Notes under the pieces: model-generated
Told to the model about the DNA's origin: nothing
Seen by the model: only the letters and a program-made list of their open reading frames with translations
Databases searched by the model: none
Made by a program: the position numbers and the translations under genes
Origin: Ptychomitrium polyphyllum
Lineage: Eukaryota
DNA length: 64,000 bases
Reading direction: 5' to 3'
Assembly (NCBI GenBank): GCA_973851085.1
Contig: OZ316776.1
Location: 13,268,001-13,332,000 of the forward strand
Part shown: positions 1 to 14,700 of the stretch, in pieces
Layout: every line of letters begins with the position of its first letter
Position numbering within the stretch: position 1 is the stretch's first letter

Positions 1-1080
<1,080 letters not shown>

Positions 1081-1087
1081 TGAGTAA

Positions 1088-1250
1088 TACAATGCATGGT
1101 ACAATGTATATATAATGCATGATACAATGTATATACAATTCATTGTACAATGTATATACAATTTATTGTACAATGTATATACAATTCATTGTACAGTGTA
1201 TATACAATTCATTGTACAATGTATATATAATGCATGGTACAATGCATACA
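1088..1250. repeat. 23-bp minisatellite, about 7 copies, consensus TACAATGTATATACAATTCATTG
   Basis: Tandem units read directly; begins just after the ABCC stop codon. Confidence 0.9.
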
Positions 1251-1301
1251 GGTACCTAGTACATAGTGATAAAAGAAATGTACGGTGGGGTCCAAGAGGA
1301 G

Positions 1302-1377
1302 ATTCCGTAATTAAGTAAGTTACATTTTTGTTCATTCCATAATTAAGTAAGTTGTTCATTTCATAATTAAGTAAGTT
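1302..1377. repeat. Three copies of an ~20-bp direct repeat ATT(C/T)C(G/A)TAATTAAGTAAGTT
   Basis: Copies start near 1302, 1334 and 1358. Confidence 0.8.
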
Positions 1378-3023
1378 AAATAAAGATTCGAATTAAAAAT
1401 ATGTTAAAATGTATATTTTTATAAAAGTAAAAACGAGTTTTTATAGAATGCACCTTATATACTACATTATGGCCAAAACTAATTTTCAACTTCTTATTTT
1501 ATTAAAAATAGGAATTTATCTCTCTCAATGTATAAAATTTGAAAATCATTAATAAATATTGGATATAAATAAGTATTGTAGGACATGTATTGAAATTTTC
1601 TTATCAATTAACTATATACAATCAATTAATACCATCTTTACCACATTTTTGGAAGATGACATAGCATCTTATTTACATGGGTATTATGGTTTTTAAGAAT
1701 TTGCCTATGAATTATTTTACTTTGTTTATTCTAAATAACATTTTTATTTATAAAATTAAACTTTTGCACATAACTTCTATAATACTCCACAAAGATTTAT
1801 ATGTTAATTCTATTAATATATTTGATTATAAAAATAAATGCTTTTAATTTTTATGATGACTTCTATTTGTTAAATTAAAAAAGAATTAATGTACCATTTT
1901 AAAAAAACCACTAGATGAAAACAACCATTTATTTCTCATTAAACTTTGAATCATTGTCATTTATTGATTTAAATATTTTTGTATTGGCATTTAAAAGTTA
2001 AACTTGAATAAAATGTTCCTTTTATAAGGTGGATAAATGATGCTTTCAATTGCTATACAATAATTCATAAAACTACAAAGCAAGCCCTACAATTGAGACT
2101 TTAGAATAGAAAGGCAACAAAATACAAAGTTACCAAGGATCACAACTTTTTTAATTTGCAAATTTTAATAAAGCATAGTAGAATTACTTTTTAAGTAGAA
2201 CTTAAATTTTAGAATATATTCTCCCAATAATCAATAATCCCCAACAATTTGTGATATAAATATCAAAATACTTCTACATTGAAGAAACAATTTATAGTAG
2301 CAATTAGAAAAGCTTCAAGCACCAAAGGCATACAAAACCTTGGCTTGAGAGAAATTGATTAGTTTTAAGAAAGGGCCAAAGTTTGAGGCTCCCAACCACA
2401 ATCCAACATTGCAAGAGGCTCCTTTGTAACAACAATGAATTTTACAACACCTTCCTCTTTGGAGAGGGCGTGTGGAGAACATTTCTCTTTGGAGGTTTTG
2501 TGAGGTGGCCACACCCTCAAAGCAGAAGTCCCAAGGTGAAGGTGGTTGCCCTCCGCACGTGGATCACGGTGCCACGCTGGCAGCAACGCCCTCGCCATCG
2601 CCTGCGGGAAGCAGTTCCTCACCGCTTTGCACACGTCACCGCCCTCACCAATACTTGCCTAGATCTCAGCCTAGATATGACCCCAACATCCAGCACATTC
2701 AGGTCCGTTTCAACCAGTATATCATGGTGGTTTCTGACGGGTAGGGAGCGGGCATCAAGCGAAAGCCGGTGCAGGAGACGATACGCAGACTCGTCCCCTC
2801 GCACGGCGAGAGCGATGCTGCGGCGAGGTCGTCGGCCGTGGAGGGAGGCGGCACCGGTGGTCGATCAGGGTTACAAGGCGAGATTTTGCTGTGGGGTTGG
2901 GTTTGATGTCACGGCGACGGCGCTTCGTGATCACGGCCATGGTTTGATTCTTCTCAAGGGTGCAGGAGGAGCTTCCGGCATTCAACGCGAGTTTGCAGTC
3001 AAGTGCGAGTTGTAGCTGTACCG

Positions 3024-6000
3024 ATGGCTGGGGAGGATGTGGATGGACTGGAGGTGGGTGAGCTGAGGGCGATTGCCGATCCGGTGCTGTTGGAGCCGCT
3101 GGTGGAGGGAGGGGGAAGTGAAGTTGCTGTTGCGCGGAAGACGAGGCTGGCGTCTCTGGATGTGTTTCGCGGGCTCGCCATTGTGGTAGGTGGTGTGGTT
3201 CGATGCGATGTTGCTGTGAATTTCAAAATCCATGCTAAAATGATCAGTGTTATAGCGAGTGAGTTTGAGAAATCATGAGGTTTCAGGTTATATTTGAGAG
3301 TCTTTAGGTCAAGGTATCGCGTTCTTGGGGAAGGATGAAACTATGATACCGAATGCAGGCAGAGTAAATGTTAATTTTATTTAAATTTTCCAATTTATAC
3401 CTTGAGCGTTGGTTTGGTAAGAGTCTCAGTAAGAAACTTTGACGAGGATCCAGTAGTAAATGTCCTGCACTAACTACGGCAGATTGTATCTACTTTGGTG
3501 CAGGTGATGATACTCGTGGACAATGCCGGAGGCGTTTGGCCGTCTATTAATCATTCACCTTGGAACGGCATCACTCTGGCTGACTTTGTGATGCCCTTTT
3601 TCCTATTCATAGTGGGTGTTGCTCTTGCCCTCGCCTACAGGGTAAGTTGTAGCTTTCGATTACCTGGATATGTTGCGAATGCTTAAGCGTTCGTCATTTT
3701 TGGTTAGTCTACGTCTCAGTACTGAGCGGTTGCGTCCATGATCGTTAATGATAAAACCAATGTCTGCAGAAAAGAATCGACAACAAGAAGGTGGCATCAC
3801 AGAAGGCAGTTGACCGAACGCTGAAACTTCTAATTGTGGGGCTTGTCGTTCAAGGTGTTTCTAGTCTCACAGCAGGGCTCAGTATATGATGCTAAACTGA
3901 TTGATATTTCAGGAATGTGATGAACAGGGGAAACTTCTTTGTTGAAAAATATTCTTGTGGCTTTATACTGACTAACTTCGATCTTCATTACTGTACCCCT
4001 TTTGCTCCTTGAACATCTTGAATCGTTGTCATTCCCTTGTTCATCAGCATACTTGTGGTTACAGGTGGCTACTTTCATGGCCTCCAAGATCTCTCTTATG
4101 GAGTGGACCTAGATCGCTTACGATTGTGTGGTGTTCTTCAGGTATTGTTACCTATTCTACACTTTTGTAACGAAACTTTTGTGATCATGGACGTCGTTAC
4201 ATCTGTTCAATGAGTTTAGTGATTCACTCTTCTGTATCAATTCTCTCTGCAGAGAATAGCACTGGCCTACTTGATAGTCGCTCTTTGTGAGATCTGGGCA
4301 CCCCGCGGACACCATAATGTGTCAAGTGACAAGTTTGCCATCTTCAAAATCTACTACCTTCACTGGTGAGGGCTGTTCTGCTCTTTTCCTTTTTATGCGC
4401 ATCTTTCACTCTTGCCAATTGACACCTCTTTATCGCATTATCGTCTTATCATATATGTCGAAGTGGTTGAATCAATATAGGGGCTCTCTTGCTGCTTTAA
4501 ACGAACTATTTAATCACCCATAGATTCTACAGTAGAGTACATTTAGGTTTATTTGGGTAGGTTTCTTCAGCCTTCATATAGAATATTAGTACAGATATTG
4601 CCATTTTTAGCTCTCAAGTTTCTTTGAGTGATCATGTAAGGAGCTTATTGACGAAGCTACCTTTAGAGGGTCGTGGGATTTCAGGGCAGTGGCAGCTGTA
4701 ATCGTGGTGATATACTTGTTCCTGTTGTATGGAGTGTATGTTCCAGACTGGGACTTCATTCCCGCTTCAACAGAATCAAGTTCGACTATTCTTCACGTAA
4801 GTATCGCAAGATAATGGAATCTGTGTCCGGTTGATAGACGTGGAGTCCCTAATAATGACAAATATTGCAGGATCTCAAGAATGTTATGCAACCATAAAAT
4901 AAAAGTAATTTGTGAACCATTAACTGTTGAGGCTTTTGATTTTTCATGTGATTGACTCTCAAACTACTAGTGCTTGCATATTTATTGGAAATCGTGGATC
5001 AAATGGGCTAGCTTTGTTCTGTCTATAGTTGAACAGTTGATTCTTTGGATTTCTGACGCACTAATGATTAAACTTTTGAATCTAACTTTTACTCTGTAAC
5101 TTACAGGTGTCCTGTGAAGTTAGAGGTAATATTGGGCCTGCCTGCAATGTGGTGGGTTATTTGGATCGTACTATCCTGGGTTTATCACATTTGTACCAGA
5201 GACCAGTATTTAGGCGCACTCCGGTAGATTGCACACGTTTCACCTTTTCACTTATGAGTTTTTCCCTTGTCCTTATTCTGGCTTCTAGCGCTGGTTCAGT
5301 TTAGGAGGACTATTTTTCGTCCCATCACTTTTGATCTACATGGGATCTACAATGTTTGTTAAATATAGCTGGATCACCGGTGTTAAGACTGATGGTGTCA
5401 ACTCTCTTTCTAGAAAAAATGTAGAAGAGTTCTAATTTGGAAAATCTTGGTTCTCAGTCTTGCAGTGTAAATTCCCCGGACTATGGACCTCTTCCGTCTG
5501 GTGCTCCTGATTGGTGCAAAGCTCCTTACGATCCTGAAGGTCTTCTGAGGTGGACCCTTGAAGCCTCTATCTCCGCCGTCCTGAATTCTTAATGATTGGT
5601 ATGCACGTTTTGAGCATTCAGGAACAAGTTAGGACATTTTAATCTTTGGATGTGTTTCATTTGTGTAATCATGGTGTGCTTTGTGGAACACGGATGCAGC
5701 TCTTTGTCAGCAGTCGGCAGCTGTTTCTTGGGGCTACACTTCGGTCATGTTCTTGTTCATCGCAAGGTTGAGCTTCTAAAGCATTTGAATTTGAAGGAAT
5801 CTATTTCTGAGAAGCAGGCTTATGGAATTGCTCTACACCATATACTATGCATCTATATGTAGTGAAGATTTTGGCGTAGATATGTGAGTTTAAGAGAATA
5901 GCATTTTCTATAATGTAAATTATCCTTTCCATGTATGGGCTATATCAGTCTTAAGACGGCTTAGCCTGTGATGGTTGACCTCATATGCTTCACGTGTAGC

Positions 6001-8069
6001 GGTGGATGATAGTGTAGTTCGTAGATGCATTAGTATTGAATTCAAACTTAAGGTAGTTTCTTTGTGTTGGCACGTCTTGTCTTGGTATGTAAACCAGAAT
6101 ATCCCAGACTCATCTCTAACCTTAATTTCATGGGACGGTCAGGAACATCTTGCGAGGCTGTGGGATTGGATGATCATGTCGGTAGTTCTGCTTACGATGG
6201 GTCTTCTTCTTCACCTGTTAGGTGAGTTATTGATAGCATGCTGTTTTAAATGAATTCTGCCGCTGCTCATCTCGGTCTACTGAAAACACAATGTGTAATC
6301 TTTTAAATGAAATCAAGTCCTTGAGAAGAGTTGTAGTTGCACATTATAGTTGAGAAGGTGATGTTGTCGAACTACAGGTACTTTGTTTTGGTTAATCTTT
6401 GTTGGCCACACTATTTTCTGCTGTCTACACTTTATGAAGGTAGTAGCATGTAGTGTAGTGTCAACACTAATTAACGGAAATCGTGTAGCTGCTAAATGTT
6501 CGCCTTATGACTTCACATGTACAGTTTCAAAGGCGGAGTATATTATATTTTATGAGGTGGTCTGTTGTAGGTATGCCATTCAACAAGCCACTCTACAGTA
6601 TCAGCTATATGCTTTTCACTGGGGGTGCCGCAGGAGTTGTTTTTGCAGGCTTCTATCTCCTGGTATTTCTTAAACCTTCTGTTTTCACTACTTTTTAGGA
6701 AGTATGCTACTTCCATCGGTTATGTTGATTGAAGATTGTCACCGCGCTGCACGGAATTATGTGCAGGTGGATGTTTACAGCTGGAGATTTCCCACGATTC
6801 TATTAGAATGGATGGGCCAGAATGCACTGCTTATGTATGTTTTAGTTGCTGAAGGGCTTTTTCCTGCTGCTCTTCAAGGACTGTACTGGAGGGCACCCGA
6901 AAATAACTTGGTAACCCCCATCATCACTGATTTCCAACTTCTCTCTCTACTTCAGTTCATCTTTAGCGTCACTATTTGACCATTTAGGTTTGAAATAACG
7001 AGTTCTGAGTTCCAAACCTCACTTTTAAGTAGATTAGTTTTTATCAGTATGGTGGTGAACTGTAACACTATTAAGCATATAAACCGTTTGGCACTATAGT
7101 AGTTGTCTTCTTAGTGTGGCAATAACAGACCTCGTGGGTTGTTCTAAAGTGCCAAGTAGATTCTTGTGCAATGTTTTAGTGTGTGCAACATGTGGCTCCT
7201 TTCACCCTTTTCTTTACATTGATTTTTTGCAGAAAGGTATTCAATGATAGCTAAAGTTATACGAATTACCTTTTTTTGAAGAATTATAGGAGAGTTAATC
7301 AATAATGCTAAGATAGGGTCTGAGTGAAGGAACATTCGTGTGTCCTTGGGGGTGGATTGACAGGTTGCTTGGATAGTGGAGCACGGGCCATGGCATAAGC
7401 CCAGGGTGGTGGCGACATTTCCATACTAATGGTTGCCTATTTTTTAAATGAGATATATATTGTAAATTTAACAACTAAATTTTCACATTGAGTTTGAGAT
7501 ATGAAGGATAAAATTTGATAGACACATTCAAAATGTATTCATTTAACTTCAAGGTATAGTTACATATATAACATAACTTTCTGAGGTTAGAATTTTTAAA
7601 TTGCGAAGGCTTGGAAATGCGGGCAATTTATTCGAAGTTTGTAGCTTATGAAACACCTTATGCAAACGTCTGATACAATATAAAATCTGAAAGTCAAAGA
7701 GTGGAAAGGTTTTATTTACATTTTATTGTTTTTGTGATAGCATTAATTGTCTATGAACTTGTTCTTGAATAGAAGCCAACCAGATTAAAATTCTTCTTCC
7801 TAATCTTGCCTAAAATATGGGAGTTGCCACCCCAAGGGCATAAGCAGGCCTTAAACACTACCAAGTCTTCTGTAATATCAAATGTCGGCTGAGACTAAAC
7901 AAGGGATACATTGTATTGTGGTGCACAGGTGGATCTGGTTGAGTTGGCTTTTGAGAACATCCTCCAATCACGAAGGTGGGCCAAGCTAGTCGACGTCCTC
8001 TGCGAAATTCTTTTCTGGTGTTTCATTGCAGGGTTTTTTAAGTTCAAAGGAATTTTTTGGAAGCTGTAG
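3024..8069 (+). CDS. HGSNAT: Heparan-alpha-glucosaminide N-acetyltransferase-like multi-pass membrane protein, 13 exons
   Basis: RLASLDVFRGLAIV, MILVDNAGG, INHSPWNGITLADFVMPFFLFIVG, GVLQRIAL, PACNVVGYLDR, PYDPEGLLS, PFNKPLYSISY, WMGQNAL, terminal KGIFWKL*. All introns GT-AG and phase-consistent. Confidence 0.92.
7401..7836. mobile_element. MITE-like non-autonomous DNA element in the last HGSNAT intron
   Basis: Identical 9-bp direct repeat GGCATAAGC at 7392-7400 and 7837-7845. Imperfect terminal inverted repeats (CCAGGGTGGTGGCGACATTTCCATA vs TATGGGAGTTGCCACCCCAAG). AT-rich non-coding interior. Confidence 0.65.
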
Positions 8070-9452
8070 GTTCAAGTATTAATCAGATTTAAATCAATTC
8101 ACGTTGGTTTTCTAATTTCATTGATCAATTCATGTTGTAGATATGTCGTGTGTAGCCTTATTGATCAATTCTCATTAATACGTTGTTTGGAGGATTCAGT
8201 TTAGTTGGAAGAGAACAGATTTTATTTATCGGTCCAAAATTACTGTACATTATGTAAATAGCTCTCCATATCTTCCTCAAGAGGGGCTTGCTGAGCTCGT
8301 CTATTTGTAAAACAGATATATCAAGTGAGTTTAATGAGCTCACTTGCGGCAAGCCCACTAAACTAGACTTAATATACTACATATTAACAAAGATAATACA
8401 ATTTACAGTTCTCTTCTATACTGTATTTGTAACTGCATTTTGTCTCGCTCAATCATTCACTTCTGCCATACTGCATGTCTTTGTTATGATATTCTCTGGG
8501 GATTGGACCTCTATCTTTCAATTAAACTTCTTCCAACAAGTTGTTCTAACCCTTGAAGGCTAGAGGTCCAAGTCTCAAGGGATATTGCAAGGTTGTTCTT
8601 AACAACTTCTTCAGGGGACCATGAGAGTTGTTCTTAACAAGTTCTTATCTTTCTCCGAATTTATTCCAAGGTCTATTATGCTCGTCAATATGCTAAAGCC
8701 CTCCACCAACGGGAGTCAACGAGGGAAAAGTGCACAGTATAGTATAATAGACGCTTATTGTCAGCGGTGCCCTTACTGAAAGCATTCCAGGTCATGGCCA
8801 TCCATTTCCCAATGAGTCGTTTGATTGAGTCTGAAGATAAATCTGATCCAAATACACTGGCAATCCACAACGATTTTAACTCACGCTCCTAGAAGTGTGT
8901 TGACTGACTCAGCTCTATTCCAACTCAAAGAGGAGGAATATACAAATGAGTTGTTAAGTCTAAACACGAGGTAGAATTAATTTTGTACTGTAATGTGGCC
9001 GTTGTGTAAGTATATCTTGACACTCACAAATGATGACAATGAGCTTACCATCGTACATTGCATGTACAAATTTAGAGTATTATGCATCTTCATCAACTTT
9101 GTAAGTTTGTTGGATTCTAACATAGACGGTTTTGTGTTCTTGAAGAGTTCACTCTTCACAGCATTATGTATATTGCATACGACCCCAGGTATCTTTTAGG
9201 AGGCATGAGCTAATAAACATTATTCTATGGTTCAAGTAAACATCTATCATGTGTATTCTATGGGCATTCTTTAGTCCTTCAATTGTTTTCAAGTACTGCA
9301 CATTGTTTATAATTGGAAATCTGATCATTTAAACAGGGTATTGTCCCTCAAGAAATTCAAAATTTTAGATTCTATGAACATAAGAATAACATATTCCTGG
9401 CCGCACCGTACTAGATAATTCATGTTTGGAAGCGAACACTCTAGTGTGTAGT

Positions 9453-10112
9453 CTACCGAGAGTCCATTTCTAGGAAATTATGGAGATTATGCGGCACACG
9501 CTGAGCAGTATGCAGCGCGACGTGTTCCCGGTTCGGCCACGCCGGCGTCGTCGGCGAACCGAACTTCCTGGGGTCCAGCTTCAACATGCCCTGGCTGACC
9601 AGGTACGCACACTCCTCCCGCAGCAACTGCAACACCAGCTCCTCCACCCCGACACCCCACTTCATCCCCAGCCGATTCTGAGCGATCCTGGCGCCATAGA
9701 ACAGCTTGAACACCATCTTATCCAGATAGTGCAGAAAATCATCCCCGATGTACACCTTCTTCTGCAACTTCAGCTCCTGCTCGGCCGCCGCGATGCAGCG
9801 CACCAGGTAGTGGGTAAAGCACTCGTTCTCGGATTTCAGCACCTGGCCTCCTAGCCACTCGGCGATCTTCGCCTCCCGGAAGGCGCGTCTGTCCTGCACA
9901 GGCACATCTTTCAGACCCGGGTGATTTGCCCAGTCTGGTGGACTGGCACAGGGTTCCCCTGACTGCGCGGAGCACACCAGCACCGATGATGCACATGCGT
10001 CGGTCTCGCCAATCCTGCTTCCGAACGGCGAGTGTACCTGCTTGTCGTCGTGGCTCAATCCCCGACATGTATGCTCGTTTGGGCTACAATCTCTCGGCCA
10101 AGCTGCACTCAT
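9453..10112 (-). CDS. Intronless hypothetical protein, 219 aa, no family recognised
   Basis: ATG-started 660-bp ORF in a GC-rich island between AT-richer flanks; protein-like composition with predicted helical C-terminal half. Confidence 0.55.
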   Translation of the reverse strand: MSAAWPRDCSPNEHTCRGLSHDDKQVHSPFGSRIGETDACASSVLVCSAQSGEPCASPPDWANHPGLKDVPVQDRRAFREAKIAEWLGGQVLKSENECFTHYLVRCIAAAEQELKLQKKVYIGDDFLHYLDKMVFKLFYGARIAQNRLGMKWGVGVEELVLQLLREECAYLVSQGMLKLDPRKFGSPTTPAWPNREHVALHTAQRVPHNLHNFLEMDSR

Positions 10113-11763
10113 CTTCCTCGCAAGCTCTAAATATTTCCTTGATTCACCGTCTATTGTCAGGATCTCTCTCTATATACAACACGATATGTTTACATCAGTA
10201 AGTGTGATTTTATGCTATGTTTCTATCTCTTGGAGATGATGAACAAGTCATTAAGTGTGGATGTATGCTCTGTTTTCAAACCATGAAAGCTAAGTTATGA
10301 GTAGTTTATGCTGATTTGGGTGAAGTGTTCTACCTCGTGTGTTTCTACCTTTTATTCGACCAAGCTTTTTGTACCTCTTTGCTGCTTCTTGGTGCTACTT
10401 ATCTATTTACAAAGCTTTGTTGTAACTGCTGTTTTTTTACCTTGTAGCTGTAACCTGCCAGGTTGACGATGCTCTGGTTGAAATGATCTTTGGGGGGTGT
10501 CTGTAACGGTTTGTTGTTTTCTGTGAAAAGTTGCGACGTTCTAGGCTCAATTAACTCCACAAGGTCTAAGTCTTTCCAGAGGGTACAATGCATGAAATCA
10601 TGAAATGTGTCCCTTGCAAACATCTGTAATTTCGATAAAATCATTCCTTTCACGTTCAACAAAGATTATTTTATGAGTCCATGTGAGCATGATTGGGTTG
10701 CATGCAAAACGATGTGTAATACACATTGTATATTTACTTTGTACGAAGTACTGGTGATTTCCATGTTTTTAAGAGGCTACAAAAAGAATTTTTTTAAAAT
10801 GTAGTCTAAAATGGCTTTTTGAAAATGAGTTCATAGATCTGAATGAGCAAAGTCTTTCAAAAAGTCTTTCATAGTATTTTAAGTTGCATATTTTACATAC
10901 GTTGCAGCAATGGTAATCTATGGCAGATAAATTGCAACATGTGATGATGCATCATTCATTTTCATTTCATCAACATTAATTTATGCATCAACTTTAATTG
11001 ATTCTTGAAGTTTTTTCTCTATAAAAAAAAACATAATAATCAAAATTTGTCAGAGGTAGTTACTATTATCGTCCATTATATTTTCCCTCAATTCTTGGAT
11101 TAGTTGACCAATTTGTTAAGAAATTAAATTTCCAAAGCAACTTTGTATAAATGTTTTGTAAGCAATAACTTAAAAAATTTAACAAAAAACCAATCATATA
11201 AACATGATTTAAAAATCAGAATTAACAAAATTGGTTTTGCCATGCCTGCCAAAGTAGGCTTTAAATTTGAATTTAATAGAATGTTTTTCAAAACGTCAAA
11301 ATTTGAACGACCCTGAGGCGGTAAGGGGTTAACATGAACCAAGAACAAAAACGCATGTTCAAAAGAAAAGAGAAAAAGTGTCTAAATATGTTCAAGAAAT
11401 CAGAAAACGAAATGAAAATAAGGCGAGAAATGAGTAAGCGTGTTCAAGAAAAAGAAAAGGAAAGGGAAAGGAGGAAAGGAAAAAGAAAACGTAATGGATT
11501 GAGGTCCGAGCCCTAGTCGTCGACATGATGCCGGTATTCATACGCTCGTACATTCGAAAAGGCGTACAGGGATAAATATGTAGAGGAATAATCGGGCAGG
11601 CATTGGGCAGGGCAGGGCAGGGCATGGGGGCAGCGCACCTGGTGGCTCCTGGGATGGCCATCCGCTGCCCGGCACCCCTGCACATGATCGTCACCACGCC
11701 ATGCCATGCCTGCATCCTTTCGCTGCATTTTCCCTGTCCTCCCCGCCCTGGGGTTTAGCTTCC

Positions 11764-14700
11764 ATGGCCTATGTGGGCTCAACTGGGTCGCTGTTGCTGC
11801 TGTTCATTGCCTTAGTCTGGGCAGTGGAGGCTGACGGGATGCATCCCTCTCAACCAGGTGAGCATGCATACGGTGCTTTTGGTGAAACTTTTAGGGTTTA
11901 GAGTTGCAGTTCGTTACTGTAGTGCTCTGTGTTTTTGCTATGAGCTCTGTGGTTTGGAGGAGACTGGGTTGGGTTATTTCAGGCATGTTCAACTCTAGTT
12001 AATGGGAGCTTACTTGTCCGATCGGTTGGAACGCATTGGACGATGTTTGTGAGTTGATATCAAACATGGTGCTATGACAGCAGATGTTGCAAGCAGCATG
12101 CAGGACCCTAAATACAAGATCGACTTTCATCCTTCTGAGTCTCCCGTTCTCCCGGTACATTTTCTTACCCCTATTGAATGTGGTATGCATGTACATATCT
12201 CAGGTGCTTAATCATAAGGCTAGATGTGCAATTTGCACTCGCTGTGACAATGCTGTCCATGATGATACATAGCAAAATCCTAAAGCATTATAGGATGGTA
12301 TATCAATTGCACTGAGGAAGGTGATTCTCTTCAAGAGAGAATTTGCCTTATTGCGACTTTATTCTTTGAGACATAATACTGTGCTGAACGCATATCTGCT
12401 CTGGCCCAGTCTGGCCTTTCGTCATTTGATATGCGTTGGTGTAACAGGCTCAGTTTGGGCTGTCTTTCATGGATAGGGGAGAATTTGGTAATGAATTTTC
12501 TCGTGCCACATTTTTCTTCAGACTTTGGACCAGGAGACTGTATTAATGACTGACAGGGATGGGAAGAAGTTTCGGTGTAACATACCTGTTTCAGAGAGCA
12601 CAAAGACTGTGAAGGAGGGTGGGTTTCGACAAAATGGTACCACTAGTACCAGCTTAGTGGCAGAAGAGCCTTCTTTTCGTAAAACCCCTGAAGATCTTCT
12701 TGACGCCCTCAAGGACAAGTGTTTTCGTAGGGTTAGTCCATTTTCCACATGCTGGTGATCCGAGTGTTGAAAACATGATGTGGAAGGCATCGATTTTTTT
12801 CCTACCTTATTGGTATTCACTGCAAACGCTTTATATGTATACTCAATGTCTACTGCATTTCAACTCTGGCGTATGTCATGATGCCTATGTTTATTTTTGT
12901 GTTATCCCTGCAGGTTCTCAGTGTTGGGTAGTCTTCGTCAATATTTACATCTTTAGATTTGGTCCGACTCCTACTCAATAGAAAACGTTTTCTCTAGGAG
13001 AGAAATGAGGTGCACTTCAGGAACTTGCCATCTTAAAATGTGTTGCCGTTGAGATTACGGGTAGGATGCCAAAGCATCTCAGGGTGGTTACCGTACTACT
13101 TAATTTACCTTCAGGGTGCTATCTTTTGAATTTGTTCCCATGTCCTGCAGTATGAGGGATGGTGGATATATGAGCTGTGCTACAAGGGCCACCTGCGCCA
13201 GTTCCATCTTCATGACAAGAAGGTAAGCTTCCATGTGCCAACAATTTGTGAGCTCACATTAAATAATGTCTATCAGATGGTTGTAAATTGTTGTGCAGTG
13301 GCTAGTAGCCTGTATTTCGTTGATCAGTTCTGCGAATCTGGCGATGTGTCAGGCTCCAATCAGCACATATGGACCTGACATGCAGCACGGATCAGTAGTG
13401 TACTTTTTCACCCTTGTCAAGCAACCTTCCAACGTACCTCATGATTTTCGGACCCATAGGAAGACGGTATCTACCTCTTTCCCCCTATGCTCCATTTTCG
13501 GTGTAGTGCACATAGCATCGCTTTATACACGCACAATGCAAAATGGCATTATGGCCTTTGCATAGTTGTGGAGTTGGTTACCATAGCATTGAGCCAGTAA
13601 CGGTTTTGTGTTCGAGAGATTTTGCTCATCCGACCTCCTTCTGTACTCTTGAATTGATTCATTGATTTCATCTTGTGAGAAGTGTGTTTGAGGCAAGGAT
13701 GAAACTTCCTTCATATGAGTATGAGGCATTTAAAGCTAAAGACCTTAAGTTCCTAGGTCTTACAAACACCTACAAAAGTGCTACCTCCACTTGTCATAGA
13801 TTCAGAAGCCTTCCAATTTACCTTGAGTTCCGAGCAAATGCATGAACAGAGTGTCTAGTTGTTGTCTGCTTATCATTGTCCTTGACAAGCATATTTCGCT
13901 ATTTCTAGAAATCTGTCGATGTTTTTCATTGATCTGTCACGCTTGGACTCAGTAATTGATATGCTTCTGAATTTCTAGTGGTTTATTTAGTGTTTATTTG
14001 GTAGTTTTTGAACAGATAGTGCAAGAATTTTTGTTGGGCACATTTGACGCAGTGGCAACAGCTGCCCTACATGATCACAACTCTCCCAATGTTACTTTTC
14101 AGAAGGACCCTCGCTCACAAAGTGCAGCACAGAGGTAACTTCCTGTCTCAGCTCTTCTTTCCCACCTTTTCCATTCAATTGCCATATCTGCCCTTTTACG
14201 ACAGCGCTAACCCAAACATTTACAGGTATCATGCTCATGTTTACACCAATGGTACTATCTGTGACCTTACAAATCAACCACGTGAGACAGAGGTGTGTTA
14301 TTTGTGGAAGGCGCTTGCTATTATGAGTTTGTATTCAACAGTTTGCCTGGTTTTGATGAATTCCTGTAAACTTGCTGATATTATTTGTTAGTATAGTAGT
14401 CTTGTCACCTTACGTTAAGCTCTCTTAAAATCAGTTGTCGCGACTTTCTCCCAGCCTGCTCTTGTAGTGTTTCCCTTCATTGATCTTTTGGTAGTTTCCT
14501 GCTTCTTATATGTTTAATGCTCCCAAGTGATAAGTTTGGTGGTGTTAACTTCCGTACCTCTCATTTTACAAGTCAGACCGGAGGCTCGTCTCAGTTTAAG
14601 ACTATTTTCTGATCTAGAGGTTGACACTTGGTGGAATAGGTGAGGTTTGTGTGCTCAGAAACAGGTCGAGCGTTAATAAATTCCATCAAAGAGGCGCCTT

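Noticed and set aside
2383..3015. 210-aa ORF upstream of HGSNAT
   Set aside because: TTG start, no recognisable domain; explained by GC-rich promoter/5'UTR sequence.
8540..8646. GTTGTTCTTAACAA repeated at 35-bp spacing, superficially CRISPR-like
   Set aside because: Only two good copies and one poor one, short unit, eukaryotic context, no cas genes.
9480..9854. Gln/His/Leu-rich plus-strand ORF
   Set aside because: Antisense shadow of the 9453-10112 ORF.
11300..11332. GGGG-TTAA end resembling a piggyBac terminus
   Set aside because: No matching inverted left terminus found upstream.
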